From an uncultured bacterium (GTDB taxonomy: Bacteria; Patescibacteriota; Gracilibacteria; UBA1369; PNNO01): a stretch of 32,000 nucleotides of DNA. The notes below the pieces were generated by a model that saw nothing but the letters and a program-made list of their open reading frames with translations, was not told where the DNA came from and made no database searches. This document shows positions 19,501 to 25,630 of this stretch, one piece after another. The stretch is taken from assembly GCA_963704705.1 (NCBI GenBank), contig OY969931.1:300001-332000 (forward strand), given 5' to 3'. How positions within the stretch are numbered: the stretch's first letter is position 1; each line of letters opens with the position of its first letter. Position numbers and translations under genes: made by a program.

Positions 19501-22500
19501 GCTTTATTTCGAAAGGCTGATAAGCAATTGAATAAATTTGTATCAAGCCCGGATCAAGCCCGATTGAAGTCGCGCTAACTTCTTCAATTCCAGATTTTGT
19601 TGTTGATTTAAATGTAATTGTCGCCTCACCATTTTGTAAATCTTTTACTGGATCGGTTGTAAATGCTCCGAGGCTTTCGTCAGCTGCCTTGAATATAATC
19701 TGTTCATTATATCCTGTTAAAATACTGCCGGTTCCATCAACAGCCTGTGCTCTAAGCTGAATAGTGTCTGATCCATTGGCATAAATAAATTCTTTTCCAG
19801 GAATGATTTCAAGTTTAATATCATCGCGAGATGCAACGGTTGTACTCGCAGATAAATTTAAGTCATCTTTATTTAGTGTGGCGTTAATCTCAATATCACC
19901 TTCCAGTTCTGTTGAGAATAAATCCACATTAACAAATCCTTCATAAGTATCAAGCTGTATGCCTTCTTTGTTTTTATCAATATCAGCATTTATATCAAGA
20001 ACTCCGGGACCGCTAATATTTACATCAATATCAAAGAAATCATTATTTACAACATTGTTGTTGATATCATAAAGAGTGATTGTTAATGGTGTTTTTGAAA
20101 GCCCGCCTGTTTTAATTACATTAGAACGCGGAGTGATTTCCATTCGTACAGGTGGCTGAGGCTCTGCAAAAACCTGATGAGGCATTGTTGGCAATGAACC
20201 AGTAACGAGTTTTGCTCCTACATCAATTACTCCGGCATTCGTTGTTGAAGTGATTGTATTAACTGCTGTTCCGTTTTGAACTCGTACTTTTGTTTCACCA
20301 AGCTTAGCATCTGTTGTAGACGTATCTTTTAAAAAGAATTCAATTACACTGTTATTGTCACTTTCTATAATGTCTCCTTTTTCATCAAGTACTTCAGCTG
20401 CAAGGAATAATGTAGACAATCCGTCAGCTGTGAAAGTGTCTATCAAATTCAAAACCTGCTCCTGCACACCTTCTGTGATTATCTGAAAAGCAGTGTCTTT
20501 TTCAATGTTATTGCCAAGCGCCACTATTCCCACTCCAAAAGCCGGATTGCCTGTGTCGTCACCTCCACTTAAAGGGTCGGTGTTCTGAAGCCATACTTCA
20601 TCACCATCTTGAGTACCTCCGCCATCAGTGTCCGGATTTCTCGGATCAGTATCATTGTTATATTCATGAATATTTATAAGTCCATCAGAATCAAAGTCAT
20701 AATATGCATCTGATGAATCAAATTTATCCAAACCATTTGCATCTTCCCATATGTCCGGAATTCCATCTCCATCACTATCCAAAAACGCATCATCAGACGG
20801 ATCAAGTGGATTTTTATTGCTTACAATTTCAGTAAGGTCATCAAGCCCGCCCTGGTCAGTATCAGCTGATGTAATTGAAGTGTTGTATTGGTAAATTTCT
20901 ATGTTATCTGGTAATCCGTCGCCATCCTGATCAAGCTTGTAGCAATCAAACACTTTAGTAATATTTTGTACCATAATCGCAAATTCAGCTCGGGTAATAG
21001 GTGATGTAATATAAGTTTCGAATACATTACTTGGAGAACTCAGCTCATTATCAACCCAATCTTTGAATTCTTCTTCTGAATAAGTATTAAATGGCGCAAG
21101 TGATGGATTGGTTTGTTCAGGATAAATATTTTCGGATTTTGCTTTAAGTACATATCTGTAATACCACGGCTTTCCTGCTTCATAATAATCAAGGCTGTCT
21201 ATTCCTGCGGCTTCAAGGATCACTTTGACCGCTTCAGCACGGCTTATATTGTATTGGGGTTTAAAATATCCGGCATCTTTTCCAGCTGCATAACCTGCTA
21301 CAATTCCTTCATTTTTACCTTCTTTAACACAATATCCAAACTCTTCAGAAATATCCGAATCAGGAAAAGGACTGGGAGCGTAAATAGAATCCACTTTTTG
21401 TTTAGCAGCATCTGAAAATTTAGAGCAATTCACACATGTTATACCAAGAACCATTCTAAGATATTCTTCACGTGTAATTAAATCGTTCGGTCTAATTGTA
21501 TTATTCGCACCTCTCGTGATTACACCTTTAAGTAGGAGGCTGGTAAATGCACTATAAGATGCCTGAACCGGATCCAAATCACTAAATAACTTCGCGTCTT
21601 TTTTAAGTGGATCATATCCGCTTGTAATTTCTTCTCCATCTCCAAAGCCATCTTTATCTGTATCTTTATCGATTCTGTTTGTGCCTATAAATGTTTCTTC
21701 CAAGTCTGTAAGCCCGTCCTGGTCACTGTCATTTTCATGGCTGCTTTGAGCAAAAGCTGTTTTGCTGATTTTTTCAATAAGTTTGCTAAGCAAATCAGGA
21801 AAGTCGCTTGTTACATTAATCTGGCTTTGCCTGTAGCTTATATAAAATTCAGCCAGATCATTTCCGCTGCCGTCTTCAATAATAAAAATATAAGGTTCAT
21901 CAGTTTTATCCGGATTTTTTACTATTATAAAATGTTCATCCGCCACATAAACCTGTCCTTCATCTGTTATTCTTGCGATTCTTTGTGTATATGGTCCGCT
22001 ATTATCAAGAAGATAAATTGAATTATTTAATTCATACGGAATAACATAATCATTAGTTCTGATATCTTTAACATGGATTCCATTTAATGTTAGGGCGTTT
22101 TCTTCAAAGCTAAAATCAGGTTGCTGCAATGTAACAGATTTTTCATCAGGAACAACCATTACAGCCGCAACCAAATTACCTGTTCTGATTTCAATTATAC
22201 CTACACGCAATCTTTTATCTGGTTCTGATTCAAACACTTCTATATCGTAGGCTTCATTTTTAATCGTAATTTTGCCTGTGTCCGGGTCGATTTCCGCAAT
22301 TATTTCACCCGCATCATTTTTAACCACATATCCGTTTAATACTTCCTCTGTAAAAGTAGGAGGTTCAACAGTTTGAAGTTCATAAGTATAAACCCGAATT
22401 TTTCTGGCTTCACTTCGCAAACTTAAAATATTTGAAGTTAATATTGCTGGTCTGTTAACAGACTCAGCTGAAATATTAAATGAGCCAGGCACATCTGTTG

Positions 22501-25435
22501 CCCTTATATAAAATATGGCTTCTCCGTTAATAAGATTAAGGCTTTCAGGCCCATCTATCTGTACTCTGGATTCTGCTTCATTGCTTAAGTTAAGTTTTAC
22601 CTCAGTAAATGAATCAAAATTATTTACAGCACCGGTTGTATTTACAGCACTTACTTTAACTTCATATTTTTCAGTGCTGCCGGTTACAAGCAAACCATCT
22701 TCATTTCCGAATTCGATTGATAAACCAACCGAGGCTTCTGCCCCATCCGGAATGCCATTACCATTTTTATCTTTTAATGATTCCTGAACCGCGTCACCCT
22801 GTTCGCTGATTGGGAATTCACCGCAAGCCGGCTGAAAGCTTATATTGCTTACTGAACTTCCAATCTCAGTTAAATACTGAACAATATATGCAAACCAGGC
22901 TAATAGGTTGCGACCGGTTACTTCGTCTCCTCCGCTGTCCTCTTGAGCAGCTTCTTCAGCCGCAAGGCCAGGATCTAACTGTGATTCCGGATCAGCATAT
23001 TCCCCGTCAGTATCAGCAATGTCAGGGGTTTTATTTAAAGCGAAGTCAATTTCATTTGAATCACCTTGAGCAGTTAAGTAAAAATATTCATAACCGTTTG
23101 TGTTTTCACCAACATATGCATCAGCATTTCCATCCAAATAATTTTTAATGGCATATGCGTGTTTCTGATCAATAGTGAAATTTATCCAGTTAATTGCATC
23201 AGCAACTTTATCCTCTTCATCCTGTATTAATCCTGTTAGCTGACCGTCAATTTCAACCACATTAGGATCATAACCCGGTAAACTCATGAGATAATCCTCA
23301 AGTTCGGATAGCTCGGTATTTAAATCATCAATAGAAGCTTTTCTAAAAGTGTTTGGGTAGATTATTTCCTGATAATCACCTCCCATATCCTGAAAAGCAA
23401 CAAACCTTGGATCATTTACCGGCATTGATTCAATATCTCCTTCTTTTAAATGTTTTTGGATTGTTTCAAGAGTAGGTTCTTTATGATAAGTAATGCTATT
23501 GATTGTGGTTAGCGTAGGACTAAATACATGAGAAATATCAAGCTTCACTCTTTTTATCCCTTCAAAAGGTGGATTTTCAAGAATGAATTCATTTTTATGA
23601 CTTCCAAGAAGCTTTATTCCGATTTCATACGGATTATTCGCATCGATTTTATATTTAAGATTATATTCATCTTCTTCATCAATCAGTCCGTCACCATCAT
23701 TATCCACACCATCAAAGCCTCCATACATATCAAGGATGTCTTTAAAAGTAAGTCTCGGACTGTTAAATAAAATAATATCTTCCGCAGGTCTGTATTTAGA
23801 ACCAGGTAATGGAATAGCATCTTTTTGAGCTTCACTTAAATAAGGATTTGCAATTTGCAAAAGATAATTTGTTGCTTCAGCAATATAATCATCAAATCTT
23901 GTTTTTTCCCTGAAATCGTAACATCCTGCATAAGTTAATGCCTCTAAAGGAACATTATCAACATGTACACCAAAATTTTCATCATAAACAGGGTCAACAG
24001 CCAAATCAGGAAAACATCTTTCAGGATGATCTGTGTTGCTTGCATCACATCCACCGTAACCAGTGCTGTCAGTTGCATCCGGATTATATACTCTGTTAAA
24101 TTCGGTGTTACCTCTGTAAAGTGTGCATTGTTTTGGATCTGTGACTTCAATTCCAGCCAAACCATTAAAGTGAATAGTGCTAAATCCGCCTTCTAAATGT
24201 TTGCTGTTATTAATAAACCTTTGCTGAACAACATTTATATTATTGTTATTATCCAGCGTAACCATTCCGGTTATTGTAGCATCTTCAATAAAACTAAAAG
24301 GGGACTGTAAAGTTTCAGCAACTTCATCGATCTTTGCTTCAATCTTGTCATTAACTTCTCTTAAGTATTCCTGTGAATATAAATCTTTAGCGGAAATTAG
24401 CTCAACAATTGAATCCCAGTTATCCCATCTGCCGGTGCCTGCCATTAAATCATTGGCTTTTTGCAGATAGTTTTCGAATAACTGGTGAAATTTAACTGCG
24501 TAAGCCTGGATAATTGTATGACTTTGCGCATCAGGCAAATCTTCAAACATTGCCGGATCAACAAAATCAGACAAATCTTTATCTCCATCAAGAAGTTCGG
24601 TTAATAAGTCTTTGGTATATCTGTAATATGCAAAGTCTTCCAAATGACTCGCGTAATTTTCATATCTTTTTAACACTGTTTGATCCAAAAGATTTTGTTC
24701 CCAGATCGTGTCAGCATATAATGCTTTTTCATCAAATTCAGTAAAATCAGGATTACCGCTGTGATATAAATGATTTTTATCAAAATATTCAGCAAGTTGA
24801 GTTTTTGCTTCTGCGCCTGTACGAGAAGGTTTTATTACCCCGTGCCAGACTTCGGGCTTTGGACTTAATGCTTCGGTGTTATATTCGAAATCTCTGGTAT
24901 CAATATTATAAATATATGATTTATCTTCAAAATCAGTATATGGAAGCATGCTAATAAATTTGAATCCGTTTTTATTTACAACCGGCAAAGGGACATCACC
25001 TATAGTTATTACACCTTCAAGCTGGCTTTTACCGCTTTCTGTCTCATCACCTTTAAAATATAAAGTTTCAAGAGCCCTCGAAATATCATAAGGAGTTTGA
25101 CTCGGATCAACTTTTAGAATTATTGATTTAGTAAATGTATCAGCCATCTGGACATCTTTTGCAAAACGATTAACCCTGTCTCTTAAAGTAAGAGAACTAA
25201 GTTCACCCCCATATTGTCCGATTAATCCGTTATATTGCTGATTATCTTCAAATAAACCATCTTCAACCAAAACAGCAATAAGCGATGTAACCTTGGTTGG
25301 CGCGTTTTCATTTCCAGACAGGCCAAATTGAGCGCTTGCCATTGGCGCTGTGACAAATTGTGTAAACAGGATCGCGGGGATAAGCAATCCTGACACAAAA
25401 TTTAAAAGTGAATTTTTGATTTTTGTTTTGTCCAT
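10541..25435 (-). CDS. Giant secreted mosaic surface protein (4,964 aa): SLH, TSP3-like, Ig-like, FG-GAP, PKD-like modules and an unassigned central region
   Basis: A single stop-free frame of 4,964 codons in AT-rich DNA, with ATG at 25433-25435 and TAA at 10541-10543. Signal peptide ...FTQFVTAPMASA|Q. Domain motifs readable by eye are listed as sub-features below. All antisense ORFs inside it are short and low-complexity. Confidence 0.9.
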   Translation of the reverse strand: MDKTKIKNSLLNFVSGLLIPAILFTQFVTAPMASAQFGLSGNENAPTKVTSLIAVLVEDGLFEDNQQYNGLIGQYGGELSSLTLRDRVNRFAKDVQMADTFTKSIILKVDPSQTPYDISRALETLYFKGDETESGKSQLEGVITIGDVPLPVVNKNGFKFISMLPYTDFEDKSYIYNIDTRDFEYNTEALSPKPEVWHGVIKPSRTGAEAKTQLAEYFDKNHLYHSGNPDFTEFDEKALYADTIWEQNLLDQTVLKRYENYASHLEDFAYYRYTKDLLTELLDGDKDLSDFVDPAMFEDLPDAQSHTIIQAYAVKFHQLFENYLQKANDLMAGTGRWDNWDSIVELISAKDLYSQEYLREVNDKIEAKIDEVAETLQSPFSFIEDATITGMVTLDNNNNINVVQQRFINNSKHLEGGFSTIHFNGLAGIEVTDPKQCTLYRGNTEFNRVYNPDATDSTGYGGCDASNTDHPERCFPDLAVDPVYDENFGVHVDNVPLEALTYAGCYDFREKTRFDDYIAEATNYLLQIANPYLSEAQKDAIPLPGSKYRPAEDIILFNSPRLTFKDILDMYGGFDGVDNDGDGLIDEEDEYNLKYKIDANNPYEIGIKLLGSHKNEFILENPPFEGIKRVKLDISHVFSPTLTTINSITYHKEPTLETIQKHLKEGDIESMPVNDPRFVAFQDMGGDYQEIIYPNTFRKASIDDLNTELSELEDYLMSLPGYDPNVVEIDGQLTGLIQDEEDKVADAINWINFTIDQKHAYAIKNYLDGNADAYVGENTNGYEYFYLTAQGDSNEIDFALNKTPDIADTDGEYADPESQLDPGLAAEEAAQEDSGGDEVTGRNLLAWFAYIVQYLTEIGSSVSNISFQPACGEFPISEQGDAVQESLKDKNGNGIPDGAEASVGLSIEFGNEDGLLVTGSTEKYEVKVSAVNTTGAVNNFDSFTEVKLNLSNEAESRVQIDGPESLNLINGEAIFYIRATDVPGSFNISAESVNRPAILTSNILSLRSEARKIRVYTYELQTVEPPTFTEEVLNGYVVKNDAGEIIAEIDPDTGKITIKNEAYDIEVFESEPDKRLRVGIIEIRTGNLVAAVMVVPDEKSVTLQQPDFSFEENALTLNGIHVKDIRTNDYVIPYELNNSIYLLDNSGPYTQRIARITDEGQVYVADEHFIIVKNPDKTDEPYIFIIEDGSGNDLAEFYISYRQSQINVTSDFPDLLSKLIEKISKTAFAQSSHENDSDQDGLTDLEETFIGTNRIDKDTDKDGFGDGEEITSGYDPLKKDAKLFSDLDPVQASYSAFTSLLLKGVITRGANNTIRPNDLITREEYLRMVLGITCVNCSKFSDAAKQKVDSIYAPSPFPDSDISEEFGYCVKEGKNEGIVAGYAAGKDAGYFKPQYNISRAEAVKVILEAAGIDSLDYYEAGKPWYYRYVLKAKSENIYPEQTNPSLAPFNTYSEEEFKDWVDNELSSPSNVFETYITSPITRAEFAIMVQNITKVFDCYKLDQDGDGLPDNIEIYQYNTSITSADTDQGGLDDLTEIVSNKNPLDPSDDAFLDSDGDGIPDIWEDANGLDKFDSSDAYYDFDSDGLINIHEYNNDTDPRNPDTDGGGTQDGDEVWLQNTDPLSGGDDTGNPAFGVGIVALGNNIEKDTAFQIITEGVQEQVLNLIDTFTADGLSTLFLAAEVLDEKGDIIESDNNSVIEFFLKDTSTTDAKLGETKVRVQNGTAVNTITSTTNAGVIDVGAKLVTGSLPTMPHQVFAEPQPPVRMEITPRSNVIKTGGLSKTPLTITLYDINNNVVNNDFFDIDVNISGPGVLDINADIDKNKEGIQLDTYEGFVNVDLFSTELEGDIEINATLNKDDLNLSASTTVASRDDIKLEIIPGKEFIYANGSDTIQLRAQAVDGTGSILTGYNEQIIFKAADESLGAFTTDPVKDLQNGEATITFKSTTKSGIEEVSATSIGLDPGLIQIYSIAYQPFEIKLETDSDTFNSSNDSTTVTAKIYDMNGNFVEFDNQTPLTFRITDETSKYGEITSDASAIVNKGKAEVTIAGKGISGEVHLVASSPGLTSGTINLYPLTKISSEDIVGDYPDALYGTMLGGPFGDPTQEKYAAGEILFKGNVQAVTALTVDANPNMPLATIDANGGISMTGDSSLESSFNAPNSVIISNPETGQDVAEVTYEYPGGMPINIVDFANTEMLQEGIYLIKQTEDEMFKFVELSDAAGITVNGNEGLRISSGGKLKVSDNLMEIKLSDTESSFLVLDVLYADEKIAEIIYAKNLNTDAKINSAITSNGIFVKKLSDDYIVSQTVAGSSTKEPKGVLISDKNLKVVGSSAPGFSYTSLEKINDVMGVGLDGDNKHSLFFAGGNSVGVSNIPYATDIGINLGDPTVRLGLKNQITSAGYTKDIGQPLYSGDDTIKEMVLSDYNNDSLDDIILAYESGEVRLLQRQLSARPYKDKGLLLDITNGIYSIASADFNNDGYDDLLVSTKDPCVGDEVCFYLYENHEGNFTRTHLDLDLDDKVSSIKIGDMNNDGYVDIVLAELSGNIKIYYNNEGVIDTNGQIVENLGMSIDGSSDFKNEVLIHYDGMPVELEYVIDANGNFVLDSEGKKIPYLDDDFNFQSITMKSGSASNNEFVDAATQAQLEALGADPAVFAAQEEVPFIYMDADPIFGSTDSSKKAVDINGSTLAMGDKIVYTITLFNNSPNEINNLMLSDFITDTLEFNPDSLKCINCNQDIQVIDTGMSLRPWAVTIPSIPSGESRLITYEMNVINVPEIALDLNSNFDANFPKDGFLDISANPSNNNSGKNLFLYSVSKDQETGRMSYSRYVTDPAQAQKPDLPFGIEDANGDGIADSLPSEIEDMAKDLNEGDADGDGVPNAWDEVNGAVDNVADEISKIIDTFSCKGGCIPTPINMAFLAPGPINVMGTPAGADPGTPVFVYGPVTIYLSPTLTAHLANSVCIAGQCWSLIIPLLPPEACQAISEAFESAMAKATNVISSASGTSLLSGGGGSSGSINPREGNGGLTGTSLLGGYKPSGSSNTNKKVPGFPGVITDWFAKQIEEIMVKLSDLPDLYVYYPNPSSFVSETPPTANFKTFQDVLTYVNKLPLIDLEVKSIQMKIPALSAAEIPKLQAELQNWLAKAKIQLQQLKVQLKIPCDLKPELKNKCLSAFASIEKPIASVEKNLKLLEEYKKLPAKILEWKNVKTKYIKQLICYLDTIVTYMGGYFKKQVSKINGWQKVTLDIKNLLKTWQKISKLMSDYMKTCDSCKTERYSLMQLLAQLFTGAIPQPPIIQFPKWPDFHFDFSQIQLGLKVVLPDIQFKKEQIIMPKLPDFQLPTFPTLPQLPTQPGVPLPPEVENILKQIEQNLDIIKNASSVLSVSIPELPEIPEFPELPDLPPMPLPQLPDLPDPPKIPELSSNIDTALDGLSVAIKIMCLLKKNLLPIPVSNLKSHIEAATARSSSTSLPIDTLFSVQSPAVNIPSIDKIKLNLKVDLRLETDSIYKSIEEVAKAWNGIATDLSKVSAEISQAISEIEIPTPEIPSIPEVPAVPEIPSPQAYNPDPIKLVATQSYINPDALNSSYEEIKTSIENEDLPPEMATNYHTNLRDALIAYTDSDQLFSQSVGEDYDRLVALADNAPRLNDYIKTRQTASAEPVPLSIKKKTESESFEGIKNTARLIALNTNAISPNVISEEQVTNPDGQTELTGLYVFNPATGVNERILMYEGEIGLPNNSIIADIDKDEDEDIIYSYGGNVYLKENYTKPPASEFVKYNSQNAKVANLDDYIPEAPTVNNYNVTYDVGTEGDFDWQGLSEGSISGYEIVNKDSLADFDSTDYTPSDKIVVIENKEQTITVGRIKQDLEITAVEGTYTVNGESSELYNFGDSIETGSDPNTQVAISFSDSSQIFLGPDTIIKLPDYTPGDFEVTVVTGRAEFRSNFFTNMFLQENSSTINEDADVKMIFKNGDTVEPLKNSYFFGSTVADGLAYISNFSGQATLKGMSRQILNSGSGRQILQKGQIIHTMEDSKMIIYPEEGVQQNLEISANRTIPVSQKYTDDIEIQVTSGKVELITPTDELINETSAERGMLLQFNETIQMQSGTMEITFANGAKTILGPEDSLKIIELTDPNNPFINLQSEEGNYYSQIYAIGNNGKKGNPTETKIFAPQICSDDQKPFVEAGPSDKQVIVMQTLRLDASKSFDTNGKIKQFYIDTNIKEDSDNDGDPANDNDYMNSIPSHPIFLIGPFEKLGTVQYGLNAVDESGNIGKQIINIEVVAPDITLNESSATSELITGSIDPVAQDIPITLVRKRDGAVSKIAETTTDEEGNFRVDGLNYNDAILVKNVDGKVVAEIDTYTGRIIILDENYYVDVYEATFPSMPTRMVVIEKSTNEIMTTVLLIPDLNTDVTIHNSDFNFDIGSIFELEGTHIKDTNPNDQFEISSLPADDPNFTGGAEIRDTSSDSRVSIVDSGGNIYFFDDKLDLRLKPVTDTNEPLVIEMLYDSNVIAEVFISINNGKQAEIVSRDQIGLPKEISTSDLDGDGMSDNFELQYGFDARNPDDANLDSDGDGLSNLEEFRLGINPLNPDTDGDGFSDGDEVSWGKNPNKAAGSPFDDVPEDHPYYDSIVNLSQKNILMGEIVDGKYDFNPDKFIARKDFADIILKMLCIIPRPEAHEEPNLYSDMPFDENNYYYPVIKEATLQGFVTGYVGEIDQESGLNPYKPEATITRAEAVKIVLEALEKQGIISLADVQPSKDQAWYVPYMNIAVDISPRLLKESEVKETYILTPSEASQPNKLLTRAEFAAIADRVLQAFDCYIIDTDGDGMPDIWEIQNGLDPNDPNDAGLDPDGDGLSNLDEYRFGTDPFDPDTDDGGTYDGVEVERGTNPVDYPQDDELITTGRIEEGGFDPRQNLDEGVYVVENDCNSCPCLSALDHKADLIIGDILFAVIANGDLSTIFSKSNELTFKYEP
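10793..10997 (-). repeat. TSP3-like Ca-binding aspartate repeats (module B, distal)
   Basis: DTDGDGMPDIWEIQNGLDPNDPNDAGLDPDGDGLSNLDEYRFGTDPFDPDTDDGGTYDGVE, followed by an 83-aa C-terminal tail containing DCNSCPC. Confidence 0.65.
10997..11630 (-). other. S-layer homology (SLH)-like triplet B
   Basis: FDDVPEDHPYYDSIVNLSQKNILMGE...FIARKDFADIILKML; YSDMPFDENNYYYPVIKEATLQGFVTGY...ATITRAEAVKIVLEALEK; ...LLTRAEFAAIADRVLQAF. This is a paralogous copy of triplet A. Confidence 0.65.
11630..11850 (-). repeat. TSP3-like Ca-binding aspartate repeats (module B, proximal)
   Basis: DLDGDGMSDNFELQYGFDARNPDDANLDSDGDGLSNLEEFRLGINPLNPDTDGDGFSDGDE. Boundaries approximate. Confidence 0.65.
12615..12950 (-). other. 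PKD-like Ig-fold domain (tentative)
   Basis: PFVEAGPSDKQVIVMQTLRLDASKSFDTNGKIKQFYID...VQYGLNAVDESGNIGKQIINIEVVAPD has a layout like the PKD pattern (A.ag.d..v..g..v.ldgs.S.d.dg.i..y.Wd...........vtl.v.D..G). Confidence 0.4.
14760..16750 (-). other. Unassigned central region of the giant protein (Cys-framed hydrophobic segment, G/S-rich stretch, coiled-coil with Cys pairs, Pro-rich spacers)
   Basis: SCKGGCIPTPINMAFLAPGPINVMGTP...CIAGQCWSLIIPLLPPEAC; SGGGGSSGSINPREGNGGLTGTSLLGG; heptad-rich KLQAELQNWLAKAKIQLQQLKVQLKIPC...KNKC...MKTCDSCK; then the Pro-rich blocks. I recognise no family. Confidence 0.5.
15180..15300 (-). repeat. Proline-rich P-[ED]-[LIF]-P repeat block
   Basis: This stretch encodes PELPEIPEFPELPDLPPMPLPQLPDLPDPPKIPE. 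A second, shorter block, IEIPTPEIPSIPEVPAVPEIPSPQ, lies at about 14770-14845. The antisense Gly/Ser-rich ORF 14979-15401 is its mirror image. Confidence 0.8.
17130..17400 (-). other. DUF11-like conserved-repeat beta-sandwich domain (tentative)
   Basis: GDKIVYTITLFNNSPNEINNLMLSDFITDTLEFNPDSL...GESRLITYEMNVINVP resembles the G..v.Ytitv.N.G...a.nv.v.D.lp..l.f pattern. HMM confirmation is needed. Confidence 0.35.
17780..18215 (-). repeat. FG-GAP/VCBS-like repeats (three)
   Basis: VLSDYNNDSLDDIILAYESGEVRLL, ASADFNNDGYDDLLVST and IGDMNNDGYVDIVLAELSGNIKIYYN follow the D-x-N-x-D-G-x-x-D Ca-binding loop pattern of integrin-alpha-type beta-propeller blades. Confidence 0.6.
19215..20470 (-). repeat. 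About four tandem bacterial Ig-like (Big/invasin-type) domains
   Basis: Roughly 100-aa beta-rich units recur with the pattern ...T.TA...D..GN.V......V.F......G......T...G.A.v.l.s...G...v.A... . Examples are TVTAKIYDMNGNFVEFDNQTPLTFRITD...NKGKAEVTIAGKGISGEVHLVASSPGL and IQLRAQAVDGTGSILTGYNEQIIFKAAD...NGEATITFKSTTKSGIEEVSATS. Boundaries approximate. Confidence 0.6.
20555..20945 (-). repeat. TSP3-like Ca-binding aspartate repeats (module A, distal)
   Basis: DQDGDGLPDNIE, DTDQGGLDDLTE, DSDGDGIPDIWEDANGLD, DFDSDGLINIHEYNNDTDPRNPDTDGGGTQDGDE. Boundaries approximate. Confidence 0.65.
20945..21595 (-). other. S-layer homology (SLH)-like triplet A
   Basis: FSDLDPVQASYSAFTSLLLKGVITRG...ITREEYLRMVLGI; FPDSDISEEFGYCVKEGKNEGIVAGY...YFKPQYNISRAEAVKVILEAAGI; ...ITSPITRAEFAIMVQNITKVF. 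These fit the SLH pattern F.D......a....l...gi..G......p...itRaE.a..l. Boundaries approximate. Confidence 0.65.
21595..21745 (-). repeat. TSP3-like Ca-binding aspartate repeats (module A, proximal)
   Basis: DSDQDGLTDLEETFIGTNRIDKDTDKDGFGDGEE is of the D-x-D-x-D-G-x-x-D type. Boundaries approximate. Confidence 0.6.
25331..25435 (-). other. Sec-type signal peptide of the giant protein
   Basis: MDKTKIKNSLLNFVSGLLIPAILFTQFVTAPMASA|QFG has a basic n-region, a hydrophobic core and an A-x-A cleavage motif. Confidence 0.7.
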
Positions 25436-25471
25436 TTTTTAGCCGGCTTGATATTTATTAAATATCATATT

Positions 25472-25500
25472 ATTTTACCATAAATAAGCCAAAATGTCAC
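25472..25500 (-). promoter_or_regulatory. Sigma70-like promoter of the giant-protein operon
   Basis: Read on the minus strand: -35 GTGACA (25495-25500), 17-nt spacer, extended -10 TGgTAAAAT (-10 hexamer at 25472-25477). It lies about 37 nt upstream of the ATG at 25435. Sequence pattern only. Confidence 0.45.
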
Positions 25501-25516
25501 GGGTAAATAGATAAAA

Positions 25517-25565
25517 ATCACCTAGTGATTTCATATTACTCGGTAATCCCACATTACTAAGTAAT
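25517..25565. promoter_or_regulatory. Triple 13-bp palindrome array (ATYAC-N3-GTRAT, 18-bp register) just upstream of the giant-gene promoter
   Basis: On the plus strand, ATCACCTAGTGAT 25517-25529, ATTACTCGGTAAT 25535-25547 and ATTACTAAGTAAT 25553-25565 are separated by 5-nt spacers. The array lies between the pilin terminator and the -35 element. It has the same design as the array at 25-73. Confidence 0.55.
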
Positions 25566-25573
25566 TCAATATA

Positions 25574-25617
25574 TAAAAAAAGCCGATCCTCCGCTTATTT
25601 AAAGGGAAAATCGGCTT
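25574..25617 (-). terminator. Rho-independent terminator after the pilin gene
   Basis: On the minus strand, AAGCCGAT...ATCGGCTT forms an 8-bp stem (25610-25617 pairing with 25580-25587) followed by a T6-7 run (the complement of 25574-25580). It begins 14 nt after the pilin stop. Confidence 0.7.
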
Positions 25618-25630
25618 AATTTAAATTGTT

